From NCBI RefSeq assembly GCF_009914755.1, contig NC_060936.1: 64,000 nucleotides of DNA; one strand, written 5' to 3'. This document shows, in pieces, positions 52,455 to 64,000 of this stretch. The notes under the pieces were generated by a model. That model was not told where the DNA came from. It did not search any database and saw nothing but the letters and a program-made list of their open reading frames with translations. This stretch comes from the human T2T-CHM13v2.0 reference genome, Homo sapiens. Each line of letters begins with the position of its first letter. The first letter of the stretch is position 1. The position numbers were made by a program, and so were the translations under genes.

Positions 52455-52905
52455 TGCTGAGATAAAAGGAGAAAAGTAGCTCTCCATCTGCCAGCCTGCA
52501 ATTGCTGCCTGCTCTCACCAGACATCCCTGACCCATGGCAGGAGTTCCAGGGCGATAAGTGAAGCTCTGGAGGGAGAGCTGGTTGTGCTGGTCTGTGTGA
52601 CCAGCCTCAGAGCTGTGTGACCTGGGGCAGACTGCTGAACCTCTCTGTGCCTTACACTTCGCGTTTCTACCAGGATTGTATTGAGACAGGCTTCACATAG
52701 TGGGTATGCACTCCACAAACATTATCACAGCACCAGCTATGTAGCAGGCACCTGTGGACATGACAGTGAGCCAGTCAGAGTGTCCCAGCTTATATTCGGG
52801 GGTTGGGGGTCAGTACACTAAGCAACCACATGGAGCAGTTCCAAGGGGAGCTGAGGCAGCTGGGGTGCAATGGTAACGGGACTGCAGGACCGCAGGACAG
52901 GCTGA

Positions 52906-53244
<339 letters not shown>

Positions 53245-53679
53245 ACTTTTAGCATTTGCTACCCTGGTGATGGCCATGCGGGCGATTTTCTCTCAGGGGC
53301 CAAGCTCAAGGAAAAGCTAATTGCCCAAAGCCCCAACCAAGAAGGTAACTCTCTCACAAATGTCCACCTGACTCCAATGGCTGGAAGGCAACGTGAACCA
53401 CCTGTCGGTAAAAAGGAAGGGAGGGAGCGGTGAAGGAAGAAAGCGAAATCGGGTCTTGACTGTGAACCTGTGGATGTCAGCTTCCCACAGAGAAGACAGC
53501 GGAAGCTCACAGGTGGAAAGTGAGCCGGGGGACTCTGGAGTACTGTGTATATGGACAGGCTAAGCGTGAGCCACCCAAGCCTTCCTTCTCACCTCCAGAC
53601 CCACTTGACTGTCTTCCTAAACCTAACCCCAAACAGTGTTCCTGACGTGGCAGACCACCAGAAGGAAACACAGTAATAA

Positions 53680-53900
53680 CAGCTACGCTGGCTGGGAGCT
53701 TTTCATGAGCCCGGCACTATGCTAGGCGTCTCACATACTTGACTCATCTTTTATCACCCAGCTGTCAGGCAGGGCTTTTCATCCCCATTTTACAGATGAG
53801 GAAAACTGAGGCCCGGAGAGCTAACATGACATAGCATAGGAAGGGAGAGAAGTGCATTGAATCCACAGATTTATCACCAGAACTGACTCTTCACCATGAC
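53680..53900. mobile_element. MIR
   Basis: atccccattttacagatgaggaaaactgaggccc. Confidence 0.75.
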
Positions 53901-56900
53901 TTGACCTGGCCTGGACTTCAGAGCTGCCTAGACATTCCCACGCCATCCTCAGAGAGGCAGGTCTGAAACGCGCTCCTTAGCAGTTTCCACAGAGGGCCTT
54001 AGTGATGATCATGACAGTGACAGACATGCTCCCATAAACACCTCCCTCCTTTAGTCAGCCTGTCCACCCACCCTCTCCCTGAGCCTTTCACCGCCTGGGC
54101 AGGGAGGCAGGGGAGGCAGACACACTCTTCATTCCCACCCTGCAGGCGAGCAAACTAAGCCTGGCCAATGGCCACTACACCCAGGCTCCAAACTTCCCGA
54201 TTCTTCTACTGGTTCACAGGCAGAACTGGCTATATAGTTGGCAGGGCCTGGCGCAAAAGAAAAATCCAGGACCCCTTGTTCACACATTACTAAGAATTTC
54301 AAGATGGTGACAGCAGTGCATTTAACCAAGTGTGAGGCCAATCCTGTTTGCAGAACCTCCTTCCTGGAAGATGGGGGGTACTGCCTGCCAGAACCCAGGT
54401 GGCTCAAACAAGGCTGCCCCATGGACTATGACAGAAATGGGCAAGCCGAGGGTCCATCTAGGAATAGCACCGTTACTGTCTGTACCCTAGTTTCTTCATA
54501 TAGAAGGCAGGTTTAACAACAGTCTTACCATGTTGGGCTGCTGTGTGGACGAACTGATACAAAGACTGCGTGGCACGTGGTTCACCCCATGTCCCATGCC
54601 TCCCCGATGCCTGTATTAGCCAGCTCTGTTTTTAACACCACTTCCAGCTTTTGAAATGGGGGTGGAAATAAGACCCTCTCCACCAAACGCTTGAGCTCTG
54701 CATACAGCTGCTGTGTATCAGCAGGAGAGCCCCAAGTGTAAGCTTCATTTGCATGTATACACTCAGGCCCGATCCAGGCCCTGAACTGCCTCTCTGCCCT
54801 GGGCACTTCCTGGTGGAGACAGGGAAAGAGGAAAATAAACAACATGGCAAAACACACATGTGCAACATACCTACTCCAGAGCAAACCCAGATGGGGTGGC
54901 GGTGGGGGGGTGGGAAGCCCAGTCTCCACTTCCTTCCTTCCTTCTTTTAGATCCATACTAACCTAAGACTCTGGGCACCTGCCGGGTGAGCTGACCACTG
55001 GCCATTTCCGTCCTTGTTTGAGTGGTGGGGTGAGAAGTTTGTGTGTACATGCATACTTGCACAGTCTGGGACACCCCTATTTGTGTGTCTTCCACATTTC
55101 CTTTTGGGGGATAAAGGGGAGCTGGCTCAGCCTGTCCCTCAAGGTCCTTCCTGACTCTCTACCCCAGAACACAGACGAATGGGGCAGAAATAGAGGATTA
55201 CAGGATTACAGCCTTCCTTTACAGAAGAAAAAACAAAAACAAAACAAACAAACAAAAAAACCAGGAAAACGCTGCCCAGGACCTTCAAGGCTTCAGCACT
55301 GCCGTTGTGGACCTGGGTTCTGTCTATAAACTCAGATTCAAACCCTGGGTTCAAATCCTGGCTCCACTGGTTTGGTGCTATTGAACACCACAGTCAACAT
55401 TTATTAACTACCTGTTACTCTGCCAGGGGCTGGATTAAGTGCCTCATTTGTACAATCTCATTTAATCCTTATAGTCCTTGAGGCCGATGAGCAGCGTGGT
55501 GGCCTGAGGCATCTGATGACCCAGTGGGTGGAATTTGGGCTCTGGAGCTGGTTTCTTCACTGAGAAACAGAGACATGAAACTACTTTACCGGGCCACGGT
55601 GATGAATGGGCCCCCAGAAACATGAGGCACTGCAGCGCACGGGGCCGGGGACATGAGAAAGAAATCAACACTCACACGTATTACCACAGCATCATCACAA
55701 ATTAGTGTATGTTATCACTAGTGTTACTACCACTAGTTTATGCCAGGGGAAACTGAAGTCTGAAAAGAGAGCCACAGAGAAGACGAGAATCGCTGTCTGC
55801 AAATCCACTGCTGCGCCTCTCTCTGAGTTTCCAAAAGCATAATCCTTGAGTCACCCTAGACAGTGATCCCACAGAAACATGGAAATGCAGTGCCTCCTGA
55901 TGCCTGTCTGGTTTAACCCAAGGCTGGTTAGTTAAGGGGCTGGAGTGTGGTGCACTGAGGCCCGAGTGGAAGGCTGGTGGCCTCCGGGAAGGGCCCCAGG
56001 CACTGCTGCCTCGGGCTAGGAGGCCGCCTTCTCTCCCCTCCAGCAGGCGGGGTAGCTTGAGGCCCTGCCCAGAGAATGCTCTCCGGAGCCCTGCACTCTC
56101 ACCTGCACACCTGTCCCACTGGCTGTCCCTGTCAGTTTCCTCTCTGGTCCCCCACAGAGAGACCTGAGTCTCTCCTGAAATGGCTACATGCCTCGTGCCT
56201 AGCACAGTGCCTGGTATAAATGACACACTCGCTGTCATTTGGTCCCACTGGAATGATCTGGAGGAAGACAGTTCCTTCTAGACCCAAGAAAACAGGCAGC
56301 AGAGAGGAGTGGCTCCAAGCCGGGGCTCTGGGTTAGGCTGACTTAGATCCAAATCCCCATTCAGCGGCATGGTCCCAGGCAGGACACTCCATCTCCCTAG
56401 TTTCCATCTCCAGTTTCTGTCTGGGTGCAAAAGGAATGACAGCATCCATCCCTCGCAGGGCTGCTGTGCGGCTTAAAAGAGGTGATTCTGCACGGGAAGG
56501 CATTCAAGCTCAGAGCCCCGCACACAGCAAGCGTGTAATAAAAGGGAGTTGTGATTTTTACTACACCTGGTAGGAGAAACCCATAGAACCTGCCTGCCCA
56601 AATGGACCAGCTTGGTTCCCCGAAACCCTGAAACCTCCCCCTGGCTAATGACCTTTACCGGCCAGTGGCTTTGTCTGAAATCCTGTCTGGGGCTTCCCTG
56701 GACAATCTTGAAGTCCCTGAGAAGGCTCACAGCGACCCCTGCTGTCTGCAACGAGGAACTGCCTTACATCCCCAGCCGGAGTGAACAACAATAGCAGGTA
56801 CGGCCCTCCAAGAAGGTCTTACGTTTCCAGGGTTTTAAGAAAACTCTCATCAGAACAATGGCAAGGAGAAGAGTCACCACATGTAATTATGTTCAGTGGA

Positions 56901-58265
56901 CACTAATTCCCTGTCTTCTAAAAATAAATATAATACATGAGATCACACAAAGTGCTCTCTCTTCCCTTGTGGTCTTTTGTTTCCCCGGATAAGTGTCATC
57001 CTAAATATACTGCAGAACCAAGTGAAACTGTCATTTCAGCGGGATATTATTTCCCGATCAACATGCGCTCTTCTTAGCAAGCCCGTTTTAATCTGGCAGT
57101 TCTTAAGTTGGACTCCTTTTAAAAAGCAGAGCATGTTTAAACAAGCAGACATACCGAGAGGCTAAGGATATGTACCTTCCTGGAGGGACGACTGATCAGT
57201 CGAGGTTTAGGGAAATGGGAAACCTCCCCCCAGGTCATGACCCCATCTCGCCAGGCTATTCCTGCTGTGCAGGATACCCGGAGATCATAGCTAAGATCCT
57301 GCTTCCCAGATACTGGCAGGATTGGTCTCTGCCTCAGATCCCAGCTCACCACACACCACATCTGTTTATGAACTGAATACTAGTGTATGATTTAGAACAA
57401 ACAGAGGGGAAAAGGAGGACAAAGATATCTGAAGTTCCCCACATGACTTCTTATTCTTCAAACTACAGAGTGAGAGCAAAGAAGGTAGATGCCACACAAA
57501 GATAATTGTTTCTCATCTCCAAAACACAAGGCTGATTTTGTAACCACAGATTACCTTGCAAGATGCTAACTGGCAACTCTAACAGAGGCTTCACTCTCGG
57601 ACCCTTGTGCAAGTGTAGAATGAACGAACGAGACCTAGTGTCTAGAATCCTAAATGTTCACCCACGCGCAGGCCATGGTGCTGCAGGTCCCCCGAGCAGT
57701 CCTGGATCCCACCGAAGCCTCAACAATGTGTTTAGGTGAAGCTGACTTCATCTGCCTTTGCATTCTGAGAGCTAGATGGTCTCTCTATTACCCTGCCCAT
57801 GCCTTGGGTGGGGGGGCCTTGGCTTCAAGCATTCCCCTTAGGCCCTGATATGAGGACGTTTCTTTCATTCATGGCTTGGTGCTGGGTGGTGCCTACCTAA
57901 TCTGAAAAGCCAAACACTGTAACATGGCAGCGTAGGGATCACCAACTAGGGGCCCTGGGGCAGGCCAGACTTGTTTTGTTTTTAAAAAGTGAATTAGTTG
58001 CTGATGAATTCTCCTTAAGAATCCACATGGCTGGTTTCTCTTTCAAAACATGGGAACTGGTCTTACGAAGCCTGAGTTCCTGCATGGCATCCCAGCTGGA
58101 TGACCAGAGAGAGGCCCGCCTGCTGCTCAGTCCCCACCCAGCCTGCTGCCGTTACCGGCTGGGTCCCTGCGACAGCTGCATTTTCCACCCCTGTGCAAGC
58201 AGGTGCTGACGGACTGCTTTATGTGTGCAGGTAATTCGCCTTCATTTCCATAGAGCCATTTAGGC

Positions 58266-58447
58266 CACTGGTCCCCAACCCCGGCTGGACATTAGGATCC
58301 CCTGGGGAGCTTTTAGCAAAACACCGATGTCTAGACCCCACTGTTGAAAAATGGAATCCAACTCTCTGGGGGTGCAGCCTCGGGAAAGGTGTATTTTAGC
58401 CATTGCCAGGTGGCTGGAATGTGTGGCTAAGGTGGAAAACCAGCACC
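58266..58447. mobile_element. MER5-like
   Basis: ggctggacattaggatcccctggggagctttta...actctctgggggtgcagcc. Confidence 0.6.
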
Positions 58448-58816
58448 TTAAACCAAAGGGGTAGCCTGGATGGAGGAAATTTCAAGCAGATCATGGGTAG
58501 GGCTGGGTTTTAGCCACTGGGGCCCCTGCCCCTCTTGCACGTTGTGGATGGGGACAGGGAAGCCTGCCTGCCCTTTCTCCATCTGCCTCGGAGAGGGGGA
58601 AGCCTGGCTGTTTTGACTTTTTTCCTGCACAGTGCTCTGGGGAGCCACATCTGAGATTAAGGGAGATAAATCAAAAGCAGCCAAAAGATGACCTTTGAAA
58701 GACCACTGTGCCGGCCTGCAACGGAACCATCCAGGACCCAAAGGCCATCTTCCCTGAGACTCGGGCAGGCTCCCCGCCCACACGCCAGTCCCCTGGACTA
58801 AACCTGAAGTTCTCAC

Positions 58817-58933
58817 CTGAAGAGCTCTCGGATCTCCCGGCTGTGGGCCTGGAAGGGGATGTTCCGCACCAGGATCTTGGAGGTGGTCTGCTTTCTGGGA
58901 ACTTGTTTCTTCCGAGCCAATGTCACGGCTGGC
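58817..58933 (-). CDS. RBM19: RBM19 internal coding exon (117 nt; linker plus RRM6 RNP2: PAVTLARKKQVPRKQTTSKILVRNIPFQAHSREIRELF+S)
   Basis: Minus strand reads ...caccactccAG|G CCA GCC...CTC TTC AG|GTgaga, 1+114+2 nt. It contains the RNP2-like ILVRNI, and phases match both neighbouring exons. Confidence 0.96.
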
Positions 58934-59976
58934 CTGGAGTGGTGGGGGGAGAGGGTCCAAGTTATTCGGAGCTTCAGCAGCTCCTGCCCAACATTGACTC
59001 CACTACGCCTCCATCAGAATATTCAGGTGATGGATTCAAGGAGTGTGCGTGGGGTGCGGGACCAACGTGAAAGGAGAGGAAGGCCGTCTCCCACCAGGTG
59101 ATAGGACCCAAAACAGCTGCAGACGTCAGGGGGACACATCCGTGCTTGGGTGGCTGCTGACCTTCATTTGAGAGACTCCGGGGCCACCAGGGACTTAAGG
59201 AGCCCCGCTAAGGGTGGGGCTGGTTTCTCACCAAACCCAATCTCCATTGTGTCTTTCTCTCCAGTTGCAAAGAAAGACCCCAGTTGGTTTCCAAAGGTCT
59301 TGTGACACTTCATCAATAACCCGAGGAGGAACATGCGGGGGCCTAACCATGCAGATGGACCAGGTGGCGAGCAAGGACACTCTCAGCCCAGGTTCAAGGC
59401 CATCCCCAATGCAGTGCTACCTGGCCTGTCTCCCTGCTCTCCCAGGGAAACCTCCCACTCCACCAAAACAGGGTAGGGAAGTGAGCAAGGCTGGGAGTTA
59501 ACAAGCTGGGTGTGAATGCCAAATCCGACACTTAGGATCTCTGCGATCTTGGGCAAGTAACATGGCCGCTCTGGGCCTCCATTTCTTCCACTGTAGAATG
59601 GGTGTAATGATAGGCCCACCTAATTTGATTGTTTGAAGATTTAATAAGCAGACTCAGCACTGGACCCAGAATGTGGTAAACATTCAATAAACAGCAGCTG
59701 TTATGATAATGACCATGTTAGGACTTACCTCCTTCAGGCCTGCTCCACGTCACCTCCTCACAGGTCTTCCCTGTCTCCATTAAAATGGCAGCCCCCTCAC
59801 CCACAGCCCCCAGCTTCATTTCTCTTCCTGGCACTGATCCCTGTGCTAGTACATTATACATTTAATCATGTTTCTTTTCTTTTTTTTGTCTTGTCATTCT
59901 GGGGCTATGCTGTCTCATATGGCAGCCACCAGCCACATGTGGCTAGTTGAATCTAAATTAAAATGAAGCAAAACTA

Positions 59977-60283
<307 letters not shown>

Positions 60284-60299
60284 TCACTTCCTCGGTTGC

Positions 60300-60813
60300 T
60301 GGGGTATCAGGCTCCAAGATGGTGCCCAGTGATTCCTGGCTCTTGGTGTTCATGCCCTGGGTAATCCCTTCCCATGCTGTATCAGGGCAGGTCTGGGTGA
60401 CAAGCAGCATACAGCAGAGGGATGGTGTGTGAATTCTAAGACTAGGTTGTAGAAGACATTGTGGCCTCCTTCTTCCCCATTCTTGGATCACTCACTCTGG
60501 AGAGACCCGCTGCCATGCCATGGGGACACTCAAGCGGTCCCAGAAAGAGATCCCCAAGGTGAGGAACTGAGGACCCCTGCCAGCAGCCATGTGAGTGTAT
60601 CATCTTAATGATAGATCTACCAGCCCCAGCTGAGCCTTCAGATGACTGCTGCCCTAGCCGACATCCTGACTGTAACCTCATGAGAGACCCTGAGCCAGAA
60701 TTCCCAGCTAAGCTGCTCCTGAATTCCTGACCCATGAAACTATGAGATAATGTTTTCTTTTCAGCCTTTAAGTTCTGGGATACTTTGTGATGCAGCAATA
60801 GATAGCTAAAACA
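60300..60813 (+). mobile_element. MaLR solo LTR (MLT1F-like)
   Basis: TG...CA ends; 5-bp TSD GTTGC at 60295-60299 and 60814-60818; MLT1 motifs gccttcagatgactgc and cagcaatagatagctaaaaca. Confidence 0.85.
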
Positions 60814-62238
60814 GTTGCACTTGCCATATCTCAAGAGCTAAATAGCCATGTGTGGCAATTGGCTACCATATTGGACAGAAGAGATGTGGAACATTTCCAT
60901 TGCTGCAGAAGCTTCTATGGAACAGCACTGCCCTAGGGTGTAAACTCCCAAGGAAACACTATCCCCCATGCCTAGAAGGAGGATGTGGTACACAGTGGGC
61001 TTGCTGTAATTTTTTCTTGAGTAAAACAATGGTTCCATGAACACTGGCTAGGAAGTGAGACCTTGCAAGGCTGAATTCAGGCTGGCTCTCTGGAGATAGG
61101 GTACTGGAAAGAAACCGCTGGCTCAGTGCTCATGGGCACTGCAAGTGCTGGATGCTTAACACACAACCTCTACTTAGCACGTTTCACTTCAGAGGCAAAG
61201 TCACCCATGCAAGGTCACAGAGCTCCTGAATTAGAAACTACAGGTGTGGGGCTCAAAGCCTGAGCTCCTTCTGTTATACTGGCAGCTCAGGAATCCCCAC
61301 TAGACTTCTGAGGGCCTCTGTACCAAGCCATCTTCCCTCCAAGGATGCTTAACATAGCACAGACCACAATGGGTGAAAAACACCAGAGCTGGCCCAAGCT
61401 GGACTCACAGGAAGCATTAACAACAAAGAAAGAAGGAAAAAGAAAGGTCAATTCGCTGGAAGCTAATTTGCCGGATGACCACAACAAATTACCAACTTGT
61501 TGAAAACTACCAAATAAATATCTGAAACCAGCTCTAGGGCTGTTAGAGGCATTCATTTTATCACCCGATGCAAGTAGATGATAATGACAATAATGGCTTA
61601 CGCTGGGCACCTGTTATGTGCCGGACACTGTTGGAGGCACGTCGGGTGTAATAGTTCATTTAGATATACAAGCAGGTAGAAATGGAGGTGCAAAGATAAA
61701 TCTCCAAACAATCCCCCTACTTCAGTATACTGGTCATTGGGCAAATTGGTCTGCCTCCATCTCTAACACCTACGGAATCTCTTTCCCATTAACTGGAGGC
61801 CATCGTAGGCACTGCCATTCAGCTCTAAGAAAGCACGTCCCATAAAGCTGAATGTCTAGGTTTTACAGCTTCTTCTGGTTCATCCACAGCACCAGCAACC
61901 TCCAGCTCTTCCTTGGTTTATTTATCCCAAGATGAGTGTTGTTTGCCTGTTTCTCCTGCACTTGTTCCTTTTCTTATTAAAAAAAAAAAGAAAAAAAAAG
62001 CCCCTGTGCATTAAACATTCACCCAAAGGACTAACACTGTTGTAGTTCACTGGGAAAATCAGGGTCGGACTTGGTAAATGCCAACATAATTAGGCATCTT
62101 AATTAGGAAGAGTCCTAAATGGTAAAGGGATAGGTGGAAAGGACATTGAAGGGTTGTGAGACAGCCTCCAGGGTGGCCGGCACCAAGCACAGGAAGCCCC
62201 AGCTCGTAGGAAAGGAAATGAGGACACTGAAGACTCAC

Positions 62239-62294
62239 TTAGTGGCTCGTTCCGAGATCCTCACTTCCAGCTTGTGGCCGTCCACGACGTGACC
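62239..62294 (-). CDS. RBM19: RBM19 internal coding exon (56 nt; end of RRM5: GHVVDGHKLEVRISERAT+K); probably exon 20 of the main isoform
   Basis: Minus strand reads ...ctctcttAG|GGTCAC...GCCACTAA|GTgagt, 18 codons plus 2 nt. The trailing AA joins G of the next exon to give AAG (Lys). Peptide recognised as RBM19; exon number is from memory. Confidence 0.95.
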
Positions 62295-63136
62295 CTAAGA
62301 GAGAAGACAACATGGCTCATCTCTCTGTCCCGAGAAATACTCACCCGAATCCTTGCCCTTCACCAGAGCAGAGCCCTGGCTCGCAGATGGGAGCCTGACT
62401 GTTCCCCGGGGAGTGGGGCTAGCTGGTCTAGAGGACAGAGGATGGTTTTTCCCTGAAATGGCTCACACCGTGCCCAGGCAGCAGCTGGTGGTCAGAGACT
62501 CAGCCCTTGGACGCTCTCTTAAGCCACAGGTAGGCCTTGACCTAGATGTCATTCAAGGGACACGGAATTTTCCATTGTTTATAAGCATGTTCAGGCAAAG
62601 TAAGGCCCTTAGGTCTGGCTTGCAGAGAGAGTTGGGTTTAGTTTGTATGTTCCTGAAAAATATTCTAAATCCTAGTGGAGTTGCATCTAAAGCTAGGTTC
62701 TAACATTGGTCCCTCAAGGCAGAACTGGTGTATTAGCAAAATTACCCTTGAAAATCCCTTAAATCTCCCATAAAATACAGCACACAGAGCTTCGTAGGAA
62801 CAATTCTTGGAGGCAATATTCACATATGCATGCACACAATGATGTCCAGAACATAATACAGTACACGTGCAAAGTGAAATTTCATAGAATCTTATATCGC
62901 GTGAAAGAGAAACACGGACCACTGAACCTGCAGAGCCAATTTTAAGTTAAATGAGTACACAGCCCCTGACCAGGAAGGGCCTAGGATGTGGGGCATTATG
63001 AAGGGAACAGAGGATACCTTCTCAAGCTACTAACACCTACTGCATCTGCTTCACTTTAGCTGAAGGCCATCCTAGGCACCATGCATCAGGATGCATCATC
63101 TAATGCAAAGCCACAGAGCTTCTGGATTAGAACTTA

Positions 63137-63500
<364 letters not shown>

Positions 63501-63769
63501 CTAACTCCCCTCCTGCTAGAGAGTATCAATCTGTCCTTGTACTTAGGATCCAGCAGGAAGGCATATCTCCCTTCTCTGTCTGAATAGGATGTTGAGTCTC
63601 TGTCCAAACAGCTTTCGGTTCAGCCCTGTTCTCCCCACCTTCTCCCCAACTGGCCAAGCCTGGATGACTCAAGGGTCTCCTACCTGCCCCCTGCCCCCAG
63701 CCATCGTCCCCTCTCCACACCAGCAGCTGCAGAGGCTGGAGTAGAAGCCAGTGTGCTCACAGCCCCCTA

Positions 63770-64000
63770 ATGGTCTCCCACTGCCTTTAGGCTGAGCAGT
63801 AAAATGGCCTAGAAGATCCTGCCCTGCACACCTCTCTCCTCAACCTGCACCCTGAACCGCCACCCCACGCCGCCCCTGCCACAGTGGCCTCTTAGCTTTT
63901 CAAACGTACTAAGCTCATTCCCACCTTATGGCCCCTGCCTCAGACCCTCTGCACATGGTCCCTCCTCCCCAACTACCTCCCTCCCAGATCTCTGTGCAGC
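63770..64000. mobile_element. L2 fragment running off the window end
   Basis: aatggtctcccactgcc...aagctcattcccacctta. Confidence 0.55.

Noticed and set aside
58448-58960. 170-aa minus-strand ORF overlapping the RBM19 exon
   Set aside because: It is a different reading frame from the true exon frame defined by splice phases and the RRM motif.

Overview
Human (primate) genomic DNA from inside RBM19, a nucleolar six-RRM ribosome-biogenesis gene at 12q24, on the minus strand. The gene was identified by recognising its peptide sequence. Three consecutive coding exons are present (62239-62294, 58817-58933, 2622-2727). All have canonical AG/GT boundaries, and their phases join into ...[93 protein letters not shown]..., the end of RRM5, the linker and most of RRM6. 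About 88% of the window is one 56,089-bp intron (2728-58816). The most notable insert is a young SVA retrotransposon (15643-17548, antisense to RBM19, perfect 16-bp target-site duplication, TSD). Its 5' end is 92 bp of captured MAST2 exon 1 instead of the CCCTCT hexamer, which marks it as human-specific SVA_F1. The rest is about 17 Alus/monomers, old L1/L2/MIR, MaLR LTRs, hAT/TcMar fossils (one retaining a readable transposase motif), microsatellites, two small minisatellites, and several repeat-free motif-dense blocks that look like developmental enhancers. Nearly all ORFs in the supplied track are spurious. I found no sequence evidence for a wholly new biological system; the findings are testable leads. 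Repeat subfamily calls and boundaries are by eye and approximate.
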